A stretch of 64,000 nt of DNA from Candidatus Woesearchaeota archaeon (GTDB lineage: Archaea > Nanobdellota > Nanobdellia > Woesearchaeales > JAZDKJ01), in the NCBI GenBank assembly GCA_043803105.1, contig JAZDKJ010000012.1, forward strand, positions 23,337-87,336, read 5' to 3'. The translations under genes and the position numbers were made by a program. Within the stretch, counting starts at the first letter, position 1; every line of letters begins with the position of its first letter. Below are positions 7,395-16,220 of the stretch, one piece after another. The notes beneath the pieces are model-generated. The model was given only the letters and a program-made list of their open reading frames with translations, was not told the DNA's origin and ran no database searches.

Positions 7395-9572
7395 TTGCAA
7401 GTACAAAAAATGAAAAAAGCCTTTGTTTTCAACATCAGCTTGGTTTTCATAACTACTATTGTGTTAATGTCCATCTTCCTTGTCCTCCAGTCCAAGAGAA
7501 GCTCTCTTGAGCTTGACAATCTTGGTTCAAGGCCTCTTGACCTTATCAGTTCTTATGAGTCAGGGGAGTCTATTAGGTTTTTCATAGAGCAGTCCTTAAG
7601 GAATAGCTTTGGACAGTCTGTTTTTGATCTGGCTTCAAACGGTGGTTTTGTAGAGTATAGCAAGTGCGGCTCTTATCTTGGTTATCAGCTCTGGCAGCCA
7701 GAATGTTTTCCAAATCTTGATTCAGAGTTCAATAAGCGTTTGCAGCTTGTTTTTGGAGACTTCTTGCTCACTTACAAGCAGGAGTTGCCTCTCTCGTATT
7801 CTTCAGCCATCGAATCTAAAGACCCCCTCAAGGTTTCTGCCTTCCCTAACACGCCAATCACCATTGATGTCTTCACTAAGAAGCTCACCTCAGTGAAGCC
7901 TGGTTTTTGGGCTAAGCTTGTTGCAAAAATATCTGGCGCAACTTTGCCTGAGCCTTCTGATTTGAGCAAAGCCCCCAAGTTTGTTTCAAAGAATAGCAAA
8001 GGAGTAATGAACAATATCTATATTTTATACAGCAGCTCTCTTTCAAGGTACACAATTGATTATCCTCAGGTGTCAAAGTCATTGATCGCAGGCGTGATTG
8101 CTCAGGAGTCTAAAGGAGACCCATTTGCTATTGGCACTCTTGGCACCAGTGCAGGCCTGACCCAATTTGAGCTTGCAACAGCCAAAGGTTTTCCACAGGT
8201 TTTCAAGAAATTGACTGATTGTGCGTGTTCCGGCTCTAAGTGTAAGCTTAGTGCCTTGTGCAACCCTTCTAATGATGACAGGTTAAATCCAGATATTTCA
8301 ATAAAGGGTTCTTTTGTTTACTATGCATCGCTATTAAATAGCTTTTCAAAGTTCTCTTCAGCCACAGAGTTTGCAGTTGCTTCTTACAATGGAGGAGAGT
8401 CTGTCATCAGGAAGGCCATTTCATCAACAGGCTTGTCCAATCCTTCATGGCCACAGGTTTCTGCTGCTTTGCGGCCTGAGCTCATTACATATATATCATC
8501 TGAGTCTGCAAGGCTTCGTAAAGTCGAGATTATAAGGAACTATGTTAAGGCAGTAATGGCCTATAAATCAGAATATGAGTTGCTTGACCAGGCTCAAAAG
8601 CAGCAGGCTTACGAAGAGAAAAAAAAGGACCTTGCTAAGACTCATGATTGCTGTTTCTGCTCGCAAAAGTGCGGTTTTGATTGCTCTCTTGTTCCTGTCC
8701 CAGAATCTCAGGCCTGTGGCCCCCTTTCTATTGGCATTGGTGTTAATTGTGATGTATCTTCTTGTTCCCTTCCGCAGACCTCCACTTCAACATACCAATT
8801 TAGGCCTGTAGTGGCTGCCTCGTCAAATTATAATCTGACAACCTACCAGCGCATCCAATACCTTCTTACCTCAAATAACGGACTCCTTGCCAATCTTGCA
8901 ACCTGTTCTTCTGCCAAGCCTTTGGCAGTTTGCCTCGCTCCCTTGTCATCAGTTATGTCAGAAAAAGACCCTAGCCTAAAGTGGGGTTTTGACCTTGATT
9001 GTGATTCAAATGCAGAGATGGTTTTTGACAGGTTTGCTGAAAATCTTCTTTTGTGTTCAATGTCCGCTACAGATAATTGTGTATGTAATCTTGCAATGGA
9101 CATTGGTAAGCAGATGGTCCCTGACGGCACTTTTGAAATCAAGCTCTCAAATTCTGGCTCAACCACTGTTCTGCAGTCAGACAAGGTTAAGGACTTCACT
9201 GTACCTGTTTTATCAAGCATTTTCCTGAGGTCCATGACATCATCTGAAAAAGCAGATTTCAAATATGACATAAACTACAGGAAGGGTGTTTTCTACAAGG
9301 CAAGCCTTAACACTGCAAATTATGTTTCTGTTTTGGGCAAAAATGTGAGGATTGTGAAGCAGGGAAAGGCCTTGACATTTGTTGATGATGAGGTTTTTGC
9401 TGCATCATTTGCCTCAATGCCCTCTTGCACTGTTCAGAAGGATACTCTACGAGTTTGCGTCTCAAGGCTTATTTCAGGCAAGCCTGAGCAGGTTTATGCA
9501 TTCAACCCATTGACAGGCAAGGTCGAGCCTCGTAACCTGGTGTATAGGTTTGCGATTAAAGCCTCTGTTTGA
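7395..9572 (+). CDS. large secreted protein with lytic transglycosylase (SLT/GH23 lysozyme-like) domain
   Basis: VIAQESKGDPFAIGTLGTSAGLTQFELATAKGF and VASYNGGESVIRKAI match SLT catalytic motifs (E-S ... GLMQ ... AYNAG); N-terminus MKKAFVFNISLVFITTIVLMSIFLVL. Confidence 0.65.
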   Translation: MQVQKMKKAFVFNISLVFITTIVLMSIFLVLQSKRSSLELDNLGSRPLDLISSYESGESIRFFIEQSLRNSFGQSVFDLASNGGFVEYSKCGSYLGYQLWQPECFPNLDSEFNKRLQLVFGDFLLTYKQELPLSYSSAIESKDPLKVSAFPNTPITIDVFTKKLTSVKPGFWAKLVAKISGATLPEPSDLSKAPKFVSKNSKGVMNNIYILYSSSLSRYTIDYPQVSKSLIAGVIAQESKGDPFAIGTLGTSAGLTQFELATAKGFPQVFKKLTDCACSGSKCKLSALCNPSNDDRLNPDISIKGSFVYYASLLNSFSKFSSATEFAVASYNGGESVIRKAISSTGLSNPSWPQVSAALRPELITYISSESARLRKVEIIRNYVKAVMAYKSEYELLDQAQKQQAYEEKKKDLAKTHDCCFCSQKCGFDCSLVPVPESQACGPLSIGIGVNCDVSSCSLPQTSTSTYQFRPVVAASSNYNLTTYQRIQYLLTSNNGLLANLATCSSAKPLAVCLAPLSSVMSEKDPSLKWGFDLDCDSNAEMVFDRFAENLLLCSMSATDNCVCNLAMDIGKQMVPDGTFEIKLSNSGSTTVLQSDKVKDFTVPVLSSIFLRSMTSSEKADFKYDINYRKGVFYKASLNTANYVSVLGKNVRIVKQGKALTFVDDEVFAASFASMPSCTVQKDTLRVCVSRLISGKPEQVYAFNPLTGKVEPRNLVYRFAIKASV

Positions 9573-9614
9573 TTATACAAAATTATATAAATGTCTCAAT
9601 AACCCTTCACTCTT

Positions 9615-10616
9615 ATGATTCAGATTCCGCTGGCAGATGTTTTGTCAAAGATCAAGGAGAAGACCGGTCTTTCTGATGAAGAGATTAATTCCAGGATTGC
9701 ATTGAAGCTAAAACAGCTCTCAGGCCTTATCTCCAGGGAGGGAGCTGCCCACATTGTTGCAAATGAGCTCGGCGTCAAGCTTTTTGAGAATCTTTCAGGT
9801 AAGCTTCAGATAAAGAACATTCTTGCTGGCATGCGCGATGTTGAGACCATTGGCAAGGTTCTTTTTGTGAACGAGCCTCGTGAGTTCCAGTCAGAGAACC
9901 GCTCTGGCAAGGTTGGTTCCATTGTTATAGGAGATGAGACTGGTACTATTAGGATTGTCTGCTGGGGCAATCAGGCAGACAAGATGTCTTCTGTTGTTCA
10001 GGATAACATTGTCAAGATTAAGGGTGGCTATGTGCGAGAGAATAATGGCATAAAAGAGGTTCATCTTAATGACCGTGGCCTGTTGATGGTCAACCCCAAG
10101 GGTGAGACTGTTGGCGAGGTTAAATCTCAAGCTCTTGAGAAGCCTGCCAGAAAGACAATAAAGGAACTGCAGGAGAACGATAATAATGTTGAGGTCCTCG
10201 GTACAATTGTCCAGGCCTTTGAGCCGAAGTTCTATGAGGTCTGCCCTCAGTGCAACAAGCGCCTGAAGCAGTCTGATTCAGGTTTTGTATGTGACCAGCA
10301 TAGCTCTGTTGTTCCAAGTTATGCCTATGTTCTTAACCTCTTTCTTGACGACGGTACAGAGAACATTCGCGTTGTTTTCTTCCGCGACCAGGTTGAAAAG
10401 CTTGTCAGCAAGTCAAAGGAGCTGATGCTCTCAATGCGCGACAAACCCGAAGAGTTTGAGACTTTGAAGACAGAGCTTCTTGGGAACATCATTAAGGTCT
10501 CCGGCAGGGTTACAAAGAACCAGATGTTTGACCGCCTTGAGCTTGTCGCAAGGTCTGTTGACCCTTCCCCTAATCCTCAGGAAGAGATAGATCGCCTTAA
10601 GCCAAATGATGGCTAG
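9615..10616 (+). CDS. rpa: replication factor A (RPA, ssDNA-binding protein) with OB folds and zinc ribbon
   Basis: N-terminus MIQIPLADVLSKIKEKTGLSDEEINSRIALKLKQLSGLISREGAAHIVANELGV typical of archaeal RPA; CPQC...C..H zinc finger. Confidence 0.75.
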   Translation: MIQIPLADVLSKIKEKTGLSDEEINSRIALKLKQLSGLISREGAAHIVANELGVKLFENLSGKLQIKNILAGMRDVETIGKVLFVNEPREFQSENRSGKVGSIVIGDETGTIRIVCWGNQADKMSSVVQDNIVKIKGGYVRENNGIKEVHLNDRGLLMVNPKGETVGEVKSQALEKPARKTIKELQENDNNVEVLGTIVQAFEPKFYEVCPQCNKRLKQSDSGFVCDQHSSVVPSYAYVLNLFLDDGTENIRVVFFRDQVEKLVSKSKELMLSMRDKPEEFETLKTELLGNIIKVSGRVTKNQMFDRLELVARSVDPSPNPQEEIDRLKPNDG

Positions 10617-11070
10617 GACCCACGCTGCCTTCGGCCTTTTGTGTGCCTTGTGTGCCTTGTTTTTCATCAGTTTCTTCAGTAAGGACATGATCATTCCAGT
10701 AGTTGCTGTCATCTTTGCTTTGGTGCCTGACATCGACACTCCAAAGTCTTTTGTTGGCAGGCGCCTCGGCCCAATTTCTTATGTCATCAATTTCCTGTTC
10801 GGTCACCGCAGGCTTTTTCATGCTGTTTGGCTCCCCACATTGCTTTTTGTTGTGTTTGCAAGATTCAATCTGTCTGTGGCTATTGGTATTGCCATTGGTT
10901 ATCTTTCCCACCTTGTGCTTGACTTGTCTAATGACCGAGGCATTCAGCCCTTATATCCATTAAGATTTCACATAAGCGGACCATTTAAAACCGGAGGCTT
11001 TTTCGAGGTTTTGATTTTTATTGTAATTGTATCTTCTGATTTTCTCATTTTATTGAGAATCTTTGGCTAA
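10606..11070 (+). CDS. membrane-bound metal-dependent hydrolase-like protein (YdjM/DUF457-like)
   Basis: Multi-TM protein with conserved His (HRRLFH, SHLVLD); weak family assignment. Confidence 0.4.
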   Translation: MMARTHAAFGLLCALCALFFISFFSKDMIIPVVAVIFALVPDIDTPKSFVGRRLGPISYVINFLFGHRRLFHAVWLPTLLFVVFARFNLSVAIGIAIGYLSHLVLDLSNDRGIQPLYPLRFHISGPFKTGGFFEVLIFIVIVSSDFLILLRIFG

Positions 11071-11104
11071 TCTTTATAAGATATTATTAGCATGCCAACT
11101 TATT

Positions 11105-11851
11105 ATGAAAGGTTTAATAGTTGCTGTTGGTGAAAAGGACTCTATCAGCAGAGACAGGACATCCGAAATTAGGGGGTTATCAGAGTACGCCAGTATGCCT
11201 GTTGTTAAGCATATTCTGATGAGCTTTGACAAGATAGGCGTGAATGAGACACTTTTGCTTGTGAATCCAAATCACAAAAGGCAGTATGAACAGGCACTGT
11301 CTGGCTATAATGGTGTAAGACTAGAGGAAACAAGAATCCCTTCATCTGATGTAACCTTTTCTTATATTGATGGTTTCGGTCGCTTAGGTACAGGAGACCA
11401 CATTATTGCATCTCCTGATGATTGCCTTTTTACGTTTTCTCTTGAAGGTTTGATGAGCAGGTTCAATGGCATTGCAGATACTGGCATGGGTGTTATGGCA
11501 GTAAGAAATAAAGTTCATATTCAAGATGATAATTTTGCAGAATCTAATTACGGTTGGTGCACTGTTGACAAAGCGGGCAGGTTTACTGAAGTCAAATCTT
11601 CTTTTCATGACAAGAACAAGCCTTGGCCAGAGAACCGCGCTTTTGTGACTCTTGACCTCAGCATAATCCATAAGGATATGATATGCTCTTTGCTGAAAGA
11701 TATCCAGAAACCCAACATCCAGGGCGAGCAGCTTATCAGGAAATACTCAACACAGTTCTATGCTTGGGTAATTAACGAAGGTGCGTGGTTTGACATCGGC
11801 AAGCCCAGCTCAAGAAAGAAAGCTGAAGAGTACTTTTCTTCTTTACATTAG
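11105..11851 (+). CDS. nucleotidyltransferase-fold protein (degenerate sugar-nucleotidyltransferase-like)
   Basis: MKGLIVAVGEK...VVKHILMSF..GVNETLLLVN resembles the N-terminus of NTP-transferases but lacks GxGTRL; start moved to internal ATG. Confidence 0.35.
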   Translation: MKGLIVAVGEKDSISRDRTSEIRGLSEYASMPVVKHILMSFDKIGVNETLLLVNPNHKRQYEQALSGYNGVRLEETRIPSSDVTFSYIDGFGRLGTGDHIIASPDDCLFTFSLEGLMSRFNGIADTGMGVMAVRNKVHIQDDNFAESNYGWCTVDKAGRFTEVKSSFHDKNKPWPENRAFVTLDLSIIHKDMICSLLKDIQKPNIQGEQLIRKYSTQFYAWVINEGAWFDIGKPSSRKKAEEYFSSLH

Positions 11852-11961
11852 TTGCCACTTATCCACTGGACATTCACGCGTAGCCTATTTAAGCCATTTC
11901 CTTCTGTTATATTGCATTGACTCCAGCCCCTGGGGCCCTAGTAGCTCATAACTAAGGGGGT

Positions 11962-12273
11962 TTGAAACAAAACGCGAAAGCAATGGAGATTAAAATGAAA
12001 CAAGAAAATAAGGTGGGGCCTGAAAAAAGGTTTAGTGCTGGTGCAGTTAACGCCAACATCTGGAGAAATGAGGTCCCTAACAAGACCGCAGGAACTTCTG
12101 GGTATTATACAATAAGCTTGCAGCGAAGCTATAAGGACAAGGCTGGCAAATGGCAGAACTCTAGTTCTATGCGCATAAACGACCTGCCAAAGGCTGCTTT
12201 AGTCCTTAGTAGGTCTTACGAGTACCTGGTTCTTAAGGAGAACCAGGAAGATACTGCGGATTCTGCGTATTAG
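11962..12273 (+). CDS. hypothetical protein
   Basis: ORF track only. Confidence 0.35.
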   Translation: MKQNAKAMEIKMKQENKVGPEKRFSAGAVNANIWRNEVPNKTAGTSGYYTISLQRSYKDKAGKWQNSSSMRINDLPKAALVLSRSYEYLVLKENQEDTADSAY

Positions 12274-12275
12274 AG

Positions 12276-13310
12276 GTGAAAAAAATGACAAAAGCTTTAT
12301 TAATCGCCAAGACTATCAGGCAGGAAGGTGAAGTGATGGTAAAGAATGATCGCAAGGAATTGTCTGTTGAAGACTTGCCCGGTGTTGGCCAGACCACAGC
12401 AGAGAAATTAAGGGAGACTGGTTACACAAGTCTTATTGCTGTTGCTGTTGCCTCTCCTGCTGAACTTGCAGAGACAGCTGGTGTAACCGACGCTGCAGCA
12501 AGAAAGATGATTGCCTTTGCACGCTCTTCTATGAGGATGGGTTTTGAATCAGGCACTGACCTGTTGAAGAAGCGTGAGCTGGTAATTAAAATCCCTACTG
12601 GCTCTGCAGAATTTGACAGATTGATGGGTGGTGGCTTTGAAACTGGAGCAATTACAGAATGCTTTGGTGAGTTCGGCTCAGGCAAGACGCAAATTGCCCA
12701 CATGTTGTGTGTTAATTGCCAAAAGCAGGACCCTGAATCTTATGCAGTATATATTGATACAGAGAACACTTTCCGCCCTGAGCGAATAATTGAGCTTGCC
12801 AAGGGCGCTGGCCTTGATGAGCATCAGGTTCTGAGCCATATCAAGGTTGCAAGGGCTTATAATTCAGACCATCAGATGCTCCTGGCAGAAAAGGTTGAGG
12901 ATATTATCACAAATCAGAAGCTCAATGTCAAGGTTGTCATTGTTGATTCCCTTACCGCACATTTTAGGGCTGAGTTTATTGGTCGTGGTACCTTAGCTGA
13001 AAGGCAACAAAAGCTCAATCGCCACATGCATGTTTTATTGAAGCTTGCAGATGTGAACAACACTTGCGTTTACGTAACTAATCAAGTCATGGCAAGGCCC
13101 GACGTATTTTTCGGCGACCCGACCCAGGCCATTGGCGGTCATATTGTGGCCCATGCCTCTACCTTTAGGATTTATTTAAGGAAAGGCAAGAAAGGCTCAA
13201 GGGTTGCAAAGCTTGTTGATGCTCCTAATCTGCCTGACGGCGAAGTTGGCTTCTATGTTACAGAAGGCGGCCTAAAGGAGCTTTCGGTAACAAAGCTTGC
13301 AGAAGAATAA
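12276..13310 (+). CDS. radA: DNA repair and recombination protein RadA
   Basis: N-terminal HhH (LPGVGQTTAEKLRETGYTSL), Walker A GEFGSGKTQIAHMLCVN, RecA-fold core; an alternative start at 12336 is preceded by GGTGA. Confidence 0.9.
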   Translation: MKKMTKALLIAKTIRQEGEVMVKNDRKELSVEDLPGVGQTTAEKLRETGYTSLIAVAVASPAELAETAGVTDAAARKMIAFARSSMRMGFESGTDLLKKRELVIKIPTGSAEFDRLMGGGFETGAITECFGEFGSGKTQIAHMLCVNCQKQDPESYAVYIDTENTFRPERIIELAKGAGLDEHQVLSHIKVARAYNSDHQMLLAEKVEDIITNQKLNVKVVIVDSLTAHFRAEFIGRGTLAERQQKLNRHMHVLLKLADVNNTCVYVTNQVMARPDVFFGDPTQAIGGHIVAHASTFRIYLRKGKKGSRVAKLVDAPNLPDGEVGFYVTEGGLKELSVTKLAEE

Positions 13311-13331
13311 TTTTTTTTTATTTGTAATGCC

Positions 13332-13360
13332 AAGCGGTTATTGCAACCGCTTTTCTTTCT
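13332..13360 (+). terminator. stem-loop (AAGCGGTT-ATTGC-AACCGCTT) followed by a T-rich tract just downstream of radA
   Basis: Seen directly in sequence; archaeal termination at oligo-T after a hairpin. Confidence 0.4.
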
Positions 13361-13491
13361 TATTTCTTGACAAATCAGGTATAATGCTATTTAAACCCGT
13401 GGCTTCTCACCCAAAACCATCATATTTAAATATCCTTAATGCAATTCTCCACCTGTTGCACATTAGATGCATCAGAAAGGTGAAATAAAAT

Positions 13492-13893
13492 ATGAATAGA
13501 AGTTTTAACAGGAATGAAGGTAGTCATGGGCCACGAGAATTTAGGGGCGGTATGGACGATGGTGTCCGGCCTGTGAATGTTGGAGAGGAGTTGACCGTTA
13601 AGATTGAGGCTGTCGGCGAGAAGGGCGACGGTATCGCAAAAAAGGATGGTTTCGTCCTGTTTGTGCCTAACACCTCAGCCGGCGACGAAGTCAAGGTAAG
13701 GGTCACAAAGGTTTTGCGCAGGGTTGGTTTTGCAGAAGTGATTGGTAGCGCAGAGCCGTCAAAGCAGGCAAAGAAGGAAGAAGCCCCTGAAGACACTGAG
13801 GACTTTGGTGAAGAAAGTGGAGAATCTTCGGAAGACGTTCAAGAAGAATCTGAAGAAAAGGACGTTGAGGAAGAAGAGTCTGATAAGCAATAA
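13492..13893 (+). CDS. TRAM domain protein with acidic C-terminal tail
   Basis: VGEELTVKIEAVGEKGDGIAKKDGFVLFVPNTSAGDEVKVRVTKV matches the TRAM beta-barrel pattern. Confidence 0.7.
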   Translation: MNRSFNRNEGSHGPREFRGGMDDGVRPVNVGEELTVKIEAVGEKGDGIAKKDGFVLFVPNTSAGDEVKVRVTKVLRRVGFAEVIGSAEPSKQAKKEEAPEDTEDFGEESGESSEDVQEESEEKDVEEEESDKQ

Positions 13894-13934
13894 TTTTTTC
13901 TTTTTGTCAGCCCTGATTTATCAGGGTTATTAAT

Positions 13935-14465
13935 ATGAGGTTGTTCATAGCTCTGGACTTTGTTGAGCATAAAGATTATTTTATTAAGCTACAAGAGGAG
14001 TTCAGTAAGCCTGGAAGATACAGCCTCCCCAAATCTTTTCATTTGACCCTGAAATTTCTTGGCGAGGTGCCGGATTCAAACATTTCCCAAATCAAGGATG
14101 CTCTTTCCAAGGTTTCATTCAAGCCCTTTAGCCTAAGATTGAATAGGTTGGGTGTTTTTCCGAGCCTTAGTTATGTTCGTGTTCTTTGGGTTGATGTCCT
14201 TCCCTTGGAAGAGGTTTCAACCCTTCAAAGGTCAATCGATGCTGCTTTGCGTGGATGGTTTGCTCCTGACAATAGGTTTCATCCTCATATTACACTAGCA
14301 AGGGTTAAGTCCATTGCTGACAAACAGAAATTTGATGAGCTGCTCAATAATCAGGTTGAGGTAAAGACTGTTGTCATTGAATCTTTTAACCTGATTAGAA
14401 GCGTTCTGTCTTCGAAAGGTCCTTCCTATGAGTTGGTTGATGGTTTTCGAGCGCAAGATATTTAA
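13935..14465 (+). CDS. thpR: RNA 2',3'-cyclic phosphodiesterase (ThpR/LigT, 2H family)
   Basis: Two H-x-T/S-x motifs: HLTLKFLG and HITLARV. Confidence 0.8.
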   Translation: MRLFIALDFVEHKDYFIKLQEEFSKPGRYSLPKSFHLTLKFLGEVPDSNISQIKDALSKVSFKPFSLRLNRLGVFPSLSYVRVLWVDVLPLEEVSTLQRSIDAALRGWFAPDNRFHPHITLARVKSIADKQKFDELLNNQVEVKTVVIESFNLIRSVLSSKGPSYELVDGFRAQDI

Positions 14466-14489
14466 GCGCAGTTTCTCTAAACTTAATAA

Positions 14490-16040
14490 ATGGTTTCAAA
14501 AAGGGGTGATTCTTACACTGTTCTTTATGGTGTTCTTGTTGTTTTGGTTGGCTTGATTGTGATTTTTGGCTTTCGTTCGATTGTTCAGTTGAACCAGAGT
14601 GCTCAGGATGTAAAGGTTTTGCAGTTCATTACAAGTTTGGATGAGGATGCACAGACTATGTCTTCTAAGGTTGGCTCTCTAACTCAATCAACCTACTCTC
14701 TTCCTATGGTTGTTAACGAGGTCTGTTTTGCTGATTTACAGACTTCACCTGAAAGTATTGGTAGTGCTCTTATCGGGAAATACTCTTTCATTAAACGCTC
14801 TGTCGAATCTGGTTCTGGTAAGAATGTTTTTTTGGTTGGTGACAAGTTTTTTGATTCGTATTCTGTTCCCAGCCTGCATTTAGATGATGGAGTCATGTTT
14901 GCTTGCCTGAATCCTGAGGCTAAGGTTTTGTCTCTTGACCTTAAGGGTTCTGCTAAAGGTGCTGTGCTTGTTAAGGGTTGGAGGGTTGAGCGCACTCTCT
15001 CTACCTCTGCGACTACTGATATTGTTTCTGCTGATAGTTCAGCATTAATGTCTGTTCCTGCCGGCGCTTCTGCCTCTCCAACACTTTCTGTTGAGGTTAT
15101 CTCTCATCCAGGCTACGATTTCTTGAGTGAGGCCTATAAGTTTGGTCCATCAGGAACAGTTTTTGATCCGGCTGCAACCATTTCAATCTCCTTCAATCCC
15201 GCTGAGATAACAGTCTGTCCGCCTGGCAGGGCACAATTTGTCTTCAAGCTGTACGATGACAATAATCAATTCATTGAGGACCTTCAGTATGATTCTGTTG
15301 ATTGTGTTAGTCATGTTATGACTTTCAGGCTTGACCATTTCAGTTGGGGAGGCATTGCTGCTGTCCAGGCGACACAATATACGCTCAACGTTGTTATTAA
15401 CAATGAGGGGACTGTAATAGCCAAGGTTGGTGGAAATATAGTTCCTTTACCGCTTACTGCTGACTTCGGAGCTGTGGTTCACCTTGTGGCTGGTCCGAAT
15501 TTTGTTGGGTGGAGTACCATTCCAGCTGTTGCGCCTTTTAGTTCAGCTAACACTCTCTATCAAACGTTGACTGCGACAGGTACGATTTACGCCAATTTCC
15601 GTGCTAGTGGTCTTACGGGCAAATGGGCTAGTGTTTTAGCCAATGGATACAAGTGCAATGTCAAAAACACGTACATCGGAATTGGCTATCACGAGAGGGG
15701 AATACCGGGGGCCATAGATGTTGCCCCCAATCAAATAACCTACTTCATTATTGATCCAACCGGATACACTGGACTTGATTATAGCGGCAGAAACATTGTC
15801 GTTAGGGCACTTGACTACGATCAAAGTAATACAGGCACGTCAAAAGATACGGTATCCAAAGCCAGATTGATTGTAGTGGATCGCAATGGCAATGAAATTG
15901 TAATTTATAATCTTGGTGGAGAAAATAACAATTTTGTTGGCACTGTTCAATGTGATGCCACCACCAAAGATAGGATTTATATTGTTGAGCACAAGCAGGG
16001 AGATTTAAGAGGAGCTCAGATATCCTCCTGGTGGCCGTAA
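14490..16040 (+). CDS. surface protein paralog 1 (class III-like signal KRG-DSYTVLYGVLVVLVGLIVIF; conserved N-module, InlB-B-repeat-like middle module, variable C-terminus ending GDLRGAQISSWWP)
   Basis: ORF; near-identical 5' 280 bp to paralog 2; preceded by TATA-like ATATTTAAG about 26 bp upstream of the ATG. Confidence 0.7.
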   Translation: MVSKRGDSYTVLYGVLVVLVGLIVIFGFRSIVQLNQSAQDVKVLQFITSLDEDAQTMSSKVGSLTQSTYSLPMVVNEVCFADLQTSPESIGSALIGKYSFIKRSVESGSGKNVFLVGDKFFDSYSVPSLHLDDGVMFACLNPEAKVLSLDLKGSAKGAVLVKGWRVERTLSTSATTDIVSADSSALMSVPAGASASPTLSVEVISHPGYDFLSEAYKFGPSGTVFDPAATISISFNPAEITVCPPGRAQFVFKLYDDNNQFIEDLQYDSVDCVSHVMTFRLDHFSWGGIAAVQATQYTLNVVINNEGTVIAKVGGNIVPLPLTADFGAVVHLVAGPNFVGWSTIPAVAPFSSANTLYQTLTATGTIYANFRASGLTGKWASVLANGYKCNVKNTYIGIGYHERGIPGAIDVAPNQITYFIIDPTGYTGLDYSGRNIVVRALDYDQSNTGTSKDTVSKARLIVVDRNGNEIVIYNLGGENNNFVGTVQCDATTKDRIYIVEHKQGDLRGAQISSWWP

Positions 16041-16185
16041 AAAGAACGGCGGACAGCAGTTGACCAATTAAAATTAACGAGGGCAGATTTCCCAAACACA
16101 ATTTTTTACTTTTTCTGGAATGTTATATTCGAAGTTCTGTCCTCGGCAGGGCCTTCGTATGAGTTAATCGAAGGTTTTCGAGCGG

Positions 16186-16200
16186 AAGATATTTAAACGC
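16186..16200 (+). promoter_or_regulatory. BRE/TATA-like element (GATATTTAAAC) about 26 bp upstream of the paralog-2 ATG, implying a leaderless transcript; equivalent elements at about 14456, 18037 and 19758
   Basis: Conserved in all four repeat units. Confidence 0.4.
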
Positions 16201-16220
16201 AATTTCCCCCAACTTAATAA

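Noticed and set aside
10431-10739. 102-aa minus-strand ORF across the RPA 3' end and next gene start
   Set aside because: It is antisense to the well-supported RPA, has a basic low-complexity composition and spans a gene boundary.
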